NCBI GenBank assembly: GCA_037444125.1
Contig: JBBINA010000004.1
Location: forward strand, 1,582-65,581
Direction: 5' to 3'
DNA length: 64,000 nucleotides
Source of the DNA: a bacterium
GTDB taxonomy: Bacteria > Patescibacteriota > Minisyncoccia > JBBINA01
The notes beneath the pieces are model-generated. The model made no database searches. It was not told the origin of the DNA and was given only the letters and a program-made list of their open reading frames with translations. This document shows positions 55,207 to 64,000 of the stretch, piece by piece. Numbering within the stretch: position 1 is the first letter of the stretch; each line of letters starts with the position of its first letter. The position numbers and the translations under genes are program-made.

Positions 55207-57647
55207 TGTTCAAATTTTACGAAAAGCTGTTCATCTTGTTCAAAAAGGCTTTCAAAATATAGGTTATTATTTTCAGTGATTTTTAGGAAGTCTGATTTTT
55301 CTTTGATTCTAAAGTTATTTGGATATTTGATGGTCACGGTTAGTTTATTGTTTATTTGGCCTGGCTGTTTTTGGAGATAAAGAGAATAAAGACCATCTGA
55401 AGAAATTTTGAAAGGCAAAACATATTCTATCTTGTAATTAACTTCTTCTTTTGGTGATACATACAGCCAGCTGCCGAAAACAGTGCGTTGAGATTCTTTG
55501 AATATATCAACACCGTCTAAATTTATCAAACCTCTTGTGGAGTTGGCTATATCTTCATCTTCTTTAAAGTTTTCTTTAAGGTAGTCAATTGGGTCTTGCA
55601 CCTTTTCTTTCGTATGTCCTTCTGCTTTAACAAAGATAGATCCAAGGGGCGCATATATTCGTAGGTAATTGGCATTGACTTGATTGTACCAATCGTAAGG
55701 CAGGTTACCACCATTATGAATTCTTTTAATTTCTACGGTGTTAGTAACGGAATTATCGCTATTAATATTAATCGTAATATTAGTATATTGTTTAATTACT
55801 TTATCGGTTTTAAAACCGTTGATATTGGAGTTTATTACGGCCAGAAAATCTGAGGTAGTTTGTTTGATGGAGCCAGTGATGTTTAGGTTTTCGGCAATTT
55901 CTTGGGCGTTTTTGTTTTTGAAGTAAAAAATGATATTTTTTTGAAGAATATTCTTATTAAAAATGGCAATAATTTCCTTGATTTTATCGTTATCGAGATT
56001 AGCAAGGCGAGTTAACAGTTTTTCGGTTAAGAGGCTTAAGATTTTTTTAGGGTTACCAGTTTTTTTGTCTAAATCTTCTACTCTGTATTGCAGTAGTTCT
56101 AGAAAATTATGATGTTCGGCAATGAAGTTTTCTTCTTTTATTTCGATTGGACCAGTAATTTTTAATATATCTTCAATAAATTGAGGTGTTAGGGCAATAA
56201 TAACATCAGGCGTCGGTGAGCCGGTTTTTTCGAAAAACCAAGAGATTTTTTTTGCTGATGTAGGAAAATCAAGAAACCAATTAGCGTCATGAGTTGACCA
56301 AGCTGTGGATATTTTTTTGATGGGATTGGGCGGGATAATATTAACGGTAAGCTGACCGTCAATATTGTAAATGTCATCAACCTTTAATTTTTCTATTTTT
56401 GCATCTTTAACTTTAATCAAGGCGTATGAACCGATAAAGCCTCCGGTAGCCCTTATTTCGCTATTGTTTTGAAATAAAATAAGATAGTTTTTGGGTTCAT
56501 TGATGCCCATAAGGTCGACGAAGATATCGAAATTAGTAGCTATTATTTCTATGTTTTTTCGTGTTTCAGGCAGTTTCTCCTTAAGTTTTAAAAAATCTTT
56601 TCGGAACTCTACGGGGATAACATTAAGAGGAATTTTATTTAGTTTTTCTTGGGCAGAGGCAATAGATTTATTAGCCTCTGCAAGATAATAACCAACTCCA
56701 CTTATAATTTTGGCTGAAGTAATTACTTGGTTATTTGTATTTGCAAAAACAGGTTTTGAATCGAAAAAAGACGATAAATTAATTTGTGATAATAAATCGA
56801 ATGCTTGAATAATTGCTTTGCCTGCTTGGCTTAAATCTTTACCCAAGTAAACAGTATAATAGCCAGTTTTAAGTATTTCATTTGGGGAGATGATGGCTAA
56901 GACCTTTAGTATTTCTTTGCCCAAACTTTCAAGTTCTTGTGAAGCGCTTAAAAAATTTTTATAAGCTGATTCTAGATATTGTTTAGATTGGAGAAAATTT
57001 TCAGTAGATAGATTATTAAGAGACGCCTCAGCTTTATATAGGTTTTGAAAGCCGCGGATGGTTTCTAGGGCAATTTTTTCCTTATTTAAATTGGCCTTTA
57101 GACCAAAAAATGAAAAGTTTAAAAGGAGAAACAATATTACGGCAGTAGCGACGAACACTTTATTAATTATGATATAGCGGTTATTATGTTTTTGAATCTT
57201 GGTATGTTTGAAGATTTGATGGTGTTTTGTTTTTAAAGGTAAAGCCTTTTTTTCAATGTGTTGAATTCGTTGATGTTTATAGCTTAATTGGGGATTGGAT
57301 TTGACAATAAAAGGTGCTTCAAGTTTGTCGAGTTTAAGCTTTTCGAGTTTGGTTTTGATTTTTCGTTCTTTTTGTTCAAGGCTGGACAAAACAGAGCGCA
57401 GTTCATTTAAAACATTTATGTAATTTTCTGAGGAAGTTGAGGTTTTATCATTTTGAAAAAATTGTATTTCAGAATTATTTTTTTTCTTAATGGGGGTTTG
57501 TTTTATTTGTATTTTGATTTGTGAAAAACTAGCTTCTTTTTTCAAGTCAAGAATTTTTTTAATGCGATAAATATGTTCAAAATCAATTTCCCCGCTTTTA
57601 GTAGTGGGCCTTATATCAAATACTTTTTTAATAATGAAATCTTTCAT
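55203..57647 (-). CDS. Large envelope-associated hypothetical protein (814 aa; coiled-coil, one TM helix, large extracytoplasmic domain; possibly DUF4012-like)
   Basis: ORF only. Single hydrophobic helix around residue 160-185. Overlaps murJ and the downstream GT by 4 nt and 1 nt. The family guess is from memory of similar cell-wall-locus proteins, not from a motif. Confidence 0.5.
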   Translation of the reverse strand: MKDFIIKKVFDIRPTTKSGEIDFEHIYRIKKILDLKKEASFSQIKIQIKQTPIKKKNNSEIQFFQNDKTSTSSENYINVLNELRSVLSSLEQKERKIKTKLEKLKLDKLEAPFIVKSNPQLSYKHQRIQHIEKKALPLKTKHHQIFKHTKIQKHNNRYIIINKVFVATAVILFLLLNFSFFGLKANLNKEKIALETIRGFQNLYKAEASLNNLSTENFLQSKQYLESAYKNFLSASQELESLGKEILKVLAIISPNEILKTGYYTVYLGKDLSQAGKAIIQAFDLLSQINLSSFFDSKPVFANTNNQVITSAKIISGVGYYLAEANKSIASAQEKLNKIPLNVIPVEFRKDFLKLKEKLPETRKNIEIIATNFDIFVDLMGINEPKNYLILFQNNSEIRATGGFIGSYALIKVKDAKIEKLKVDDIYNIDGQLTVNIIPPNPIKKISTAWSTHDANWFLDFPTSAKKISWFFEKTGSPTPDVIIALTPQFIEDILKITGPIEIKEENFIAEHHNFLELLQYRVEDLDKKTGNPKKILSLLTEKLLTRLANLDNDKIKEIIAIFNKNILQKNIIFYFKNKNAQEIAENLNITGSIKQTTSDFLAVINSNINGFKTDKVIKQYTNITININSDNSVTNTVEIKRIHNGGNLPYDWYNQVNANYLRIYAPLGSIFVKAEGHTKEKVQDPIDYLKENFKEDEDIANSTRGLINLDGVDIFKESQRTVFGSWLYVSPKEEVNYKIEYVLPFKISSDGLYSLYLQKQPGQINNKLTVTIKYPNNFRIKEKSDFLKITENNNLYFESLFEQDEQLFVKFEQ

Positions 57648-58753
57648 TATGCTTTAATAATTTTTAAGTACTCCTCTAGGGTTTCGCGAGCCATTTTTTT
57701 AAAATCATAACGTTTTAAAAATGATGGAGCCTCTTTGTGTATTTTATTTTCTATTTTTTTATTTTTCAATCCAAGAATAATTTGTTGGGCTGTTTTTATG
57801 GGGTTATTTTGATCAATTGTTATTTTTAGGCCATTTAATACTTCATTGAATACAGGTATATTTGAAACAAAGACCTTTTTCCCAAAAGATAATCCTTCCA
57901 GTGGTGGGTAACCGAAACCTTCAGAAAAAGAGGGCAATATGACGCCAGCCGATTCTTGGTAGAGATAGGCAAGTTGTTTAGCAGAAACAAAATTAGCTCT
58001 TTTAATTGTGCCTTTTTTTGATAGTTCCTTTACAAGATGATTAATTTTGGAATCTCGATGATGAGGTTTTCCTGTAAGAATTAGGTGAATTTTCTGTTTG
58101 CTGTCATGTAGTATCTTAAAGGCGAGCAGCAGGTTTTTAATATTTTTATGAACGCGCCAGTGGCCGACATAGATTAAAAATGGTTTTGGTAAAGATAACT
58201 TTTGCTTTAGTGCCTTTTTAGATTTTGGATTTATTTTTGGTAGTTTTCTTATACCTTGATAAATAACTTTTATCTTTTTCTCTTTGATTTTAAATAATTT
58301 AATTAAATCTTTTTTGATGGTATGCGATACGGTGATTATTTTTGATGAGAAATAGACTGCTTTTGAAAATACAAGATAAAATGTCAATCTTCTTATAAGT
58401 GAGGAAGGAGGAAAAAGTATGGGTGTAATATCATGTATAGTGATTATATTCTTTCCAAAGTAAAAAATTGGAATGTTAAAATGCGGTATATGCAGAAGGT
58501 CGAGTTTATATTTGTAAAATACAAAAGGCAGTAAAATTTGTTCTTTTAGCGTGTACCAGCGCGGTTCAACTTTAACTTTAGTAAAATTTGCCGATTTTAA
58601 ATTTAAAATTTTGTAATTTTTTTTGAGAATAAAAATAAAGTATTGATTTTTTTTATCAATTTTTTGCAACTGATTAATCAAATTTTCTAGATAAATACCT
58701 AAACCAGTGTTTTGTTCGCCGTAAAGTCTGGCGTCAATACCTATGCGGTACAT
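57647..58753 (-). CDS. Glycosyltransferase family 4
   Basis: ILPSFSEGFGYPPLEGLSFGKKVFVSN. Confidence 0.8.
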   Translation of the reverse strand: MYRIGIDARLYGEQNTGLGIYLENLINQLQKIDKKNQYFIFILKKNYKILNLKSANFTKVKVEPRWYTLKEQILLPFVFYKYKLDLLHIPHFNIPIFYFGKNIITIHDITPILFPPSSLIRRLTFYLVFSKAVYFSSKIITVSHTIKKDLIKLFKIKEKKIKVIYQGIRKLPKINPKSKKALKQKLSLPKPFLIYVGHWRVHKNIKNLLLAFKILHDSKQKIHLILTGKPHHRDSKINHLVKELSKKGTIKRANFVSAKQLAYLYQESAGVILPSFSEGFGYPPLEGLSFGKKVFVSNIPVFNEVLNGLKITIDQNNPIKTAQQIILGLKNKKIENKIHKEAPSFLKRYDFKKMARETLEEYLKIIKA

Positions 58754-58874
58754 ATTAAAATATTAAAACAAAAAAAATGTTTAAAGGTTTAATAATCACA
58801 TAATTTTTGAACTTTTTTGCAATCACTGTATTCGATTTAATAAAAGATTTAATAAAATAGTAGGAGTTTTTATT

Positions 58875-60002
58875 TTATATTGATTTAAAAACTTCTAGAG
58901 TTTGTTGGGCAGTTTTGGGCCAGCTAAAAGTTAATGATTTTTGAATAATTTTGTTTTGAAAATAATTATATAGCTTTTTATTTCTAAGAAGTTCTACTAA
59001 CGCTAATTCAAGTTCGTTAGAGCGATATGGATTGACTAAAAGCGCTGCATCAGCCAGAGTTTCGGCTAGTGATGAGGTGTTTCCAGCGATTACTGGCACT
59101 CCGCAGGCGCCGGCTTCGATTGGTGGAAAACCAAATCCTTCGAAAAAAGAAGGATAGATAAAGATTTTAGCTAAATTATAGAAAATAACCTTGTCCTTCT
59201 CGCTTATATTTTTATACCAGAGCACGTTTTTTATTGCTTTGATTAATTTTTCGTCTAATGCATAACCCGCAATAACTAATTTCAGATGCGAAAAAGTTTT
59301 ATTTTTTGTTATTTTTTTAAAAACGTTGATAATTAGATCAATATTTTTTCGTGGTTCAATGGGACCGAGATACAAGATGTATTTTTGGGGTAAGCCAAGT
59401 CTTGCGCGGGCTTTTTCAAGAAATTCATAATTAGTTATTCTTTTATACTGTGTATGATCGATGCCATGGTAAATTACTTTTATTTTTTGCGGCGGAATTT
59501 TATAGAATTTGATAATATCGTTTTTAGTTGATTGTGATATGGCAATTATTTTTTCGCATTCGTTTAGATTCCTTTTTATTTTATTGAAAAAATGCCAAAG
59601 GCAATTTTTATAGGTGAAAAATTGTGGGAAATATTTAAAAGATAAATCGTGGACAGTAATTATTTTTTTAAATTTTTTTGAAACAGGTGTATGCAGAAAG
59701 TGAGGTACAAAATAAACGGTTTTTTCCTCTAAGCTATTTAAAAAAAAATTAAACCGCGGTTGATTGAACAAGAAAAGAGGTAAATGAAGGAGGCGGTTAG
59801 GAATTTTGATATTTACAATTTTTATTTTAGGATTAGCAAGAATGTTGCTGTCGATATTTGGTTTTTGTATGCCTGTCCAAAAAAGAATGTAGTCGTTTTG
59901 ATGATCAATTTTTAGCAAAGCTTTTAAAAGATGATTGCAGTATTGAATAATTCCAGTTCGATAAGGCACAAGAGTTGCTCTCAGGTCAATTATGATTTTC
60001 AT
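58875..60002 (-). CDS. Glycosyltransferase family 4
   Basis: [27 protein letters not shown]. Confidence 0.8.
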   Translation of the reverse strand: MKIIIDLRATLVPYRTGIIQYCNHLLKALLKIDHQNDYILFWTGIQKPNIDSNILANPKIKIVNIKIPNRLLHLPLFLFNQPRFNFFLNSLEEKTVYFVPHFLHTPVSKKFKKIITVHDLSFKYFPQFFTYKNCLWHFFNKIKRNLNECEKIIAISQSTKNDIIKFYKIPPQKIKVIYHGIDHTQYKRITNYEFLEKARARLGLPQKYILYLGPIEPRKNIDLIINVFKKITKNKTFSHLKLVIAGYALDEKLIKAIKNVLWYKNISEKDKVIFYNLAKIFIYPSFFEGFGFPPIEAGACGVPVIAGNTSSLAETLADAALLVNPYRSNELELALVELLRNKKLYNYFQNKIIQKSLTFSWPKTAQQTLEVFKSI

Positions 60003-60004
60003 GC

Positions 60005-60607
60005 TTAATTTTTATTGGAAATTTCTTGTTTGATAGCGAATCTTGCAAGAATAAATATTAAATAGCAGATAAAGCCGATAATACAAAAAATAATCAGGTT
60101 TAAAAGAAAGTTGCCCGGATTACGTGTTATAGAAGGAGATGAATTAACAACTTGATAAAAAACGAGGTCGGCGTTGCCCTTTAAATTGTTTAGGAGACCG
60201 TTGATTTCGATGCGCATTTCTTCGCTAATTTTTTCCAAAAACTCTTTATGACGGGATAATATTTTTACACCTATAACACCGAGATTCTTTTCGCTAGCTG
60301 ATATTTTATATTTGTTGTAAGGTTCGTTGAGTTTAGCGAAGATAGGCTTTATAAATAAAGGATCTTTAACGCTTGTGGTTATAAACTTGGTTAAAGTGGC
60401 AATATTTTGAATTGTATAGTATTGGTCATATTTAAAATCTTGCGTTTCGTCAGTGCCCTTTTTTTGAATGTAAAGATTAAACTCGGTTTTTTGAAAAGAA
60501 ACATTAAAAATTGAGTATGAGAGAGAAAACAAAATAAAAACAGTTAATATAGAAAACAGCAATAATTTTGTTTCTTTAATTGATTTGATAAGATCAGAAA
60601 TAGTCAT
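60005..60607 (-). CDS. Membrane protein with N- and C-terminal TM helices flanking a soluble domain (Wzz-like chain-length-regulator topology; hypothetical)
   Basis: Topology only. Sits inside the glycan locus, with overlapping or abutting neighbours. Confidence 0.45.
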   Translation of the reverse strand: MTISDLIKSIKETKLLLFSILTVFILFSLSYSIFNVSFQKTEFNLYIQKKGTDETQDFKYDQYYTIQNIATLTKFITTSVKDPLFIKPIFAKLNEPYNKYKISASEKNLGVIGVKILSRHKEFLEKISEEMRIEINGLLNNLKGNADLVFYQVVNSSPSITRNPGNFLLNLIIFCIIGFICYLIFILARFAIKQEISNKN

Positions 60608-61715
60608 ATTTATTGATAAATTTGTTGATTGCTTTTTGAAATTTATTGACGAAATTATCTTTTTTAAATTTTGTAACTGACTTTTTTATTATTTTAGCAT
60701 CAAATTTAGTTTTTTCAAATTTTAAAACTGCCGATTTCAAAGCTTTGCAGGATTGTGCGTTAAAAAAAATGCCATTAACCCCATTTTTTATAATTTCAAG
60801 CGCTCCTCCGCCTTTATAAGCAATAGCAGGAGTACCAGTGGCTAAAGCTTCGACTAAAGATATGCCAAAATCTTCTTCTTGGGGGAAAATGAAACCTTTA
60901 GCGTGTGATAATATTTTATATTTATCATTTTCGGGAATATAACCTAAAAATTGAATATTTTTTTTAGCGATGCTTTTTAAATATTTATATAAAGGTCCAT
61001 CTCCTATAATTTTGAGAGGTTTTTTTAAGAGGTTAAAGGTTTGTATTGCAAGATCAGTTTTTTTGTATTGAATGAGTCGGGAAACAATGACATAATAATT
61101 AGAAGAGGAATTTTGTTTTTTTTGTTTTATTAATTGTTCTATGGTGCAAGGTGGATAAATGATTTCTGATTTGCGGCGGTAGTACTTAAGAATTTTTTTA
61201 TGGGTATATTTAGAATTGGCAATCAGGTAGTCAGGTCGTTTAGCTGCTATAAAGTCCCATTTTCTTAAAGAACTAAAAAATGGTCGATAGATTGTTTGAA
61301 TGATAGTTGAGTAACGTGAACTATTAACATAACCCTCTGGATCGTCCCATAAATAACGGATGGGGCTATGTATATATGAAATATGACAGGATTTGTAATT
61401 AGTTAATACACCCTTAGCATAACTAGCGCTCGACGAGATAACTAGGTCAAAATCATTTAAATTCCAAGATTCAACAGCTAGTGGCATAAAAAATGAAAAA
61501 AGATCGTGCCTTAATTTTGGAATATATAGGTTATTTAAAAAAGTGGTAATAACAGGTCTTTTTTTAAGTTTTGAAACAAATTCTTTTGGCAACCTTGAAG
61601 GACAATACAAAATGGTATATAAAGGCGCATCGGGAAACATATCTAAAAGCGCGCTCAAAACTCTTTCTGCCCCTCCATACTGATTGAGATAATCGTGGAT
61701 TAGAGCAACTCGCAT
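60594..61715 (-). CDS. Glycosyltransferase family 4
   Basis: MRVALIHDYLNQYGGAERVL, a GT4 N-terminus, and a C-terminal Rossmann domain. Confidence 0.8.
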   Translation of the reverse strand: MRVALIHDYLNQYGGAERVLSALLDMFPDAPLYTILYCPSRLPKEFVSKLKKRPVITTFLNNLYIPKLRHDLFSFFMPLAVESWNLNDFDLVISSSASYAKGVLTNYKSCHISYIHSPIRYLWDDPEGYVNSSRYSTIIQTIYRPFFSSLRKWDFIAAKRPDYLIANSKYTHKKILKYYRRKSEIIYPPCTIEQLIKQKKQNSSSNYYVIVSRLIQYKKTDLAIQTFNLLKKPLKIIGDGPLYKYLKSIAKKNIQFLGYIPENDKYKILSHAKGFIFPQEEDFGISLVEALATGTPAIAYKGGGALEIIKNGVNGIFFNAQSCKALKSAVLKFEKTKFDAKIIKKSVTKFKKDNFVNKFQKAINKFINKYDYF

Positions 61716-61724
61716 TATAATATG

Positions 61725-63116
61725 TTAGACGGCTGATCTGTCTTTAAACATAAAAATAAAGGTTTTGGCTAGAATTTTCAAATCAAGTAGTGGCGACCAG
61801 TTTTCTATGTAATAAAGATCGAGTTTGTTTTCGGTTTCAAATGGCAGATTGTGAGCGCCAGAAATTTGAGCCAGCCCGGTTATTCCTGGTTTGACTCCTA
61901 GAACCCGTTTTTGATGCGGTTCATATTTTTTGACTTCCTGAATTTCATGAGGTCTTGGCCCAATAAGTGACATCTCGCCTTTTAATACATTAATCAACTG
62001 CGGAAATTCATCAAGCCTGGTTCGGCGTAGAATCTTGCCGAATTTTGTGATGCGTGGATCATTAGATAATTTGAAGAGGGGGCCGCCGTCTTTTCGTTCA
62101 TTGAAGGGTAAGAGTTTATTTTTAAGCTTGTCAGCGTTTTTTATCATTGTTCTAAATTTATACATATAAAATGGTTCGCCTTTAAATCCAGCGCGGTGCG
62201 GAATTTTGGCAAACACTGGCCCTTCAGAGTCTAATTTTATAATGATAGCTATTATCGCAAAAAGAGGGAGGCATATTATTAGAAGAAGCGTGGCTATAAT
62301 CACATCAAAAATTCTTTTATAAACCTTGCCCCAACCATCAAGGTTAGTTTTTTTAATTTCCAACAGGGGGATTCCTTCAATTTCTTCAAATTCTGTTCCA
62401 ACTAAGGAAATTTCGAATAAAGTGGGCACATATTTTAGATTAATAGCCTTTTCCTGACAAAGACTACTGAGTTCATTAATAAAAGATCGATCAAGATCAG
62501 CAGATGTAATTATAATATCGTCAACCCTGCCGTGGGTGATTAATGAAGATATTTTTTTTAGATCAATATTTTTTAGAATCTTAATGATTTTATAGCCATA
62601 ATTTGGATGTTTATCGATATAATTCTTAAGACGAATAGAGTTTTCGCCGTTACCGATAAAAACTACTTGGTTAAAAATTAGACCGCTTTTTTTGTACATT
62701 GTTTTTTCTAAAAAGTGTAGAACTAATCTTTCAAAGACTAAAAAAAAGAAAGAAATTATAAGAGCGGAGAAGAATATAAACCTAGACTCAAAGAAATTTC
62801 GTGCCAAAAATCCATAAAAAAGAAAAATAAGAAAAGCAGCAAAAAGAGAAAATAAGAGCCTGAAAATTTCCAGAAAAAAATTATTTCTATTTCTTAGGTT
62901 ATAGACGCCGTTTATTGCCAAAATAAAGACGGATATTAAAGCGATAAAAAGAATATATACAAACCACTCTTTTAGACTGAGATCAAATAGGATGGGTTTA
63001 ATCCTGGTAAAAAAAGGCACGAACCTTAAATAATAAGCAAGTAAGCCTCCAGACACTATAAGTAGAAAATCTAGCGGTAATTTGATTCCTTGAAAAATAA
63101 AATGAATTTTCTTCAT
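61725..63116 (-). CDS. Polyprenyl-phosphate sugar-1-phosphate transferase (second initiating transferase, WbaP/CpsE-like)
   Basis: RIFDVIIATLLLIICLPLF...YKFRTM...DEFPQLINVLKGEMSLIGPRP. Confidence 0.8.
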   Translation of the reverse strand: MKKIHFIFQGIKLPLDFLLIVSGGLLAYYLRFVPFFTRIKPILFDLSLKEWFVYILFIALISVFILAINGVYNLRNRNNFFLEIFRLLFSLFAAFLIFLFYGFLARNFFESRFIFFSALIISFFFLVFERLVLHFLEKTMYKKSGLIFNQVVFIGNGENSIRLKNYIDKHPNYGYKIIKILKNIDLKKISSLITHGRVDDIIITSADLDRSFINELSSLCQEKAINLKYVPTLFEISLVGTEFEEIEGIPLLEIKKTNLDGWGKVYKRIFDVIIATLLLIICLPLFAIIAIIIKLDSEGPVFAKIPHRAGFKGEPFYMYKFRTMIKNADKLKNKLLPFNERKDGGPLFKLSNDPRITKFGKILRRTRLDEFPQLINVLKGEMSLIGPRPHEIQEVKKYEPHQKRVLGVKPGITGLAQISGAHNLPFETENKLDLYYIENWSPLLDLKILAKTFIFMFKDRSAV

Positions 63117-63188
63117 CTTGCAAAAATATAATCAAATAAGTAAAATTTTTATAAATACTATTTTACTCAAATCTGTCAAAAATTCAAA

Positions 63189-63260
63189 CGGGGCGTGGTG
63201 TAATGGTAACATGCAGGTTTCGGGTACCTGAGAATCTGGGTTCAAATCCCAGCGCCCCGA
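63189..63260 (+). tRNA. tRNA-Pro (anticodon CGG)
   Basis: cggggcgtggtgtaatggtaacatgcaggtttcgggtacctgagaatctgggttcaaatcccagcgccccga. Anticodon loop UUCGGGU with G37. Confidence 0.8.
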
Positions 63261-63342
63261 CTAATGTAAGATAAGAGCGTTGTCTTTGCTTTATACTTTA
63301 AGGAGCAGTGATATAGCAGTGATATATTTGAATAATATATCT

Positions 63343-63369
63343 TGAAATTATACCCTATAGGGGTATAAT
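63343..63369 (+). promoter_or_regulatory. CsoR-type operator ATACCCTATAGGGGTAT (63350-63366) overlapping a TTGAAA...TATAAT promoter
   Basis: 6-bp arms ATACCC/GGGTAT with a 5-nt spacer. Nearly identical to the Bacillus copZA CsoR box as I recall it (ATACCCTACGGGGGTAT). The -10 TATAAT at 63364-63369 overlaps the right arm. Confidence 0.55.
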
Positions 63370-63448
63370 GTTTTTTATAAATTTTTTATTAAATAATTAT
63401 GGAGAGGATAGAACAGCGTCTTAATATCAAATTGAAGGTATTATTAAG

Positions 63449-63646
63449 ATGATAGAAAGAAATGAGTATTGTATCGATGTCGTTAATCAATCGCGAGCTA
63501 TTCAAAAATCCCTTAAAAGTCTTGACAGATTGATTTTGGAAAAACATTTAAATAGTTGTGTTATGAGTATTTTTAAAAAACAGAGCTCGAAAGAAAGAGG
63601 CCGGATTATTAAGGAGTTATTAGATGTATATAATTTGTCTGATTAA
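63449..63646 (+). CDS. csoR: CsoR/RcnR-family metal-sensing transcriptional repressor
   Basis: YCIDVVNQSRAIQKSLKSLDRLILEKHLNSCV carries the C-x(n)-H-x3-C signature of the CsoR family (DUF156). Confidence 0.7.
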   Translation: MIERNEYCIDVVNQSRAIQKSLKSLDRLILEKHLNSCVMSIFKKQSSKERGRIIKELLDVYNLSD

Positions 63647-63656
63647 CCTAAATCGT

Positions 63657-64000
63657 TATGACTATTTTAACTAAAAAAATTTTTATTAAAGGAATGCATT
63701 GTCGGAGTTGCGAGATTTTAATTGAAAGAGAGCTTAGTAAGATACCCCATATAATTAAGGTTAATGCTGGTTTTAAGTCTGGTGAGGCTTTGATTAAATA
63801 CAAAAATAATTTACCCCTTGGGCAAATTAAACAAACCATTAGAAAATTGGGTTATGAAGTTATAGATGGCAGCAGAAGAGAAAATGAAATATCGTTGTCT
63901 AATGATGAAATCAGAAAAAACTACTATGAAGTCATTATATTGTTTATGGTAGTTATTAGTTTTTATTTTATTTTAAAAACAACTGGATTATTGGAAAAAA
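63657..64000 (+). CDS. Heavy-metal-associated (HMA) domain protein, partial (runs off the window; CopZ-like domain followed by a TM helix, possibly the N-terminus of CopA)
   Basis: MTILTKKIFIKGMHCRSCEILIE (M-x-C-x-x-C), then a hydrophobic helix YYEVIILFMVVISFYFIL. No stop before position 64000. Confidence 0.65.

Noticed and set aside
1-64000. Alternative genetic code (UGA as Gly or Trp, as in some CPR lineages)
   Set aside because: Long conserved proteins (pyrG, infB, lepA, gatB) are intact under the standard code. TGA is used as a terminator (rpmA). An RF2 gene is present. The prfB UGA is therefore treated as a special case.
1-64000. CRISPR arrays, rRNA genes, transposases and integrases
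   Set aside because: No regularly spaced direct repeats, no rRNA-like conserved stretches, and no DDE or tyrosine-recombinase motifs were seen in any frame.

Overview
This 64 kb window comes from a low-GC (roughly 30% by eye) bacterial chromosome. Its gene content is typical of a Candidate Phyla Radiation / Patescibacteria-like genome (inference, not a database result). Signs include short genes, weak Shine-Dalgarno sequences, frequent TTG/GTG-extended ORF calls, an archaeal-type PGI/PMI and UMP kinase, and a very high density of glycosyltransferases.

Recognisable housekeeping genes are ndk, infB-rbfA, rpmA, pyrG, rplI, smpB, gatB, ftsE-ftsX, prfB, lepA, murJ, a dCMP deaminase and a ROK glucokinase. 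There are ten tRNA genes, including a rare tRNA-Ile with anticodon UAU.

Two large cell-envelope glycan loci lie at about 24-44 kb and 55-63 kb. Together they carry at least eleven GT2/GT4 glycosyltransferases, two polyprenyl-phosphate sugar-phosphotransferases, a Wzx flippase, a Wzy/O-antigen-ligase-TPR protein, UDP-GlcNAc 2-epimerase, RmlA/RmlC/RmlD-like and SDR sugar-nucleotide enzymes, and a methyltransferase.

Peptidoglycan-related genes are a FemAB-family transferase, a DegT aminotransferase, a Mur ligase fused to a membrane domain, and MurJ.

The most unusual observations are:
- An accessory island at about 2.9-6.9 kb, bounded by a perfect 21-bp palindrome. It contains a GC-rich two-gene module with a consensus promoter and inverted-repeat operators, an HExxH peptidase, a PD-(D/E)xK-like protein and a decayed VanY pseudogene.
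- prfB carrying a single in-frame TGA at the canonical autoregulatory position instead of the usual +1 frameshift.
- A roughly 300-nt GC-rich, highly structured, terminator-ended candidate ncRNA next to prfB.
- A secreted protein with a Kazal-type inhibitor domain.
- A csoR-HMA copper module with a Bacillus-like CsoR operator.

No CRISPR array, rRNA or obvious transposase was seen. Coordinates for features not in the ORF track were counted by hand and may be off by 1-2 nt.
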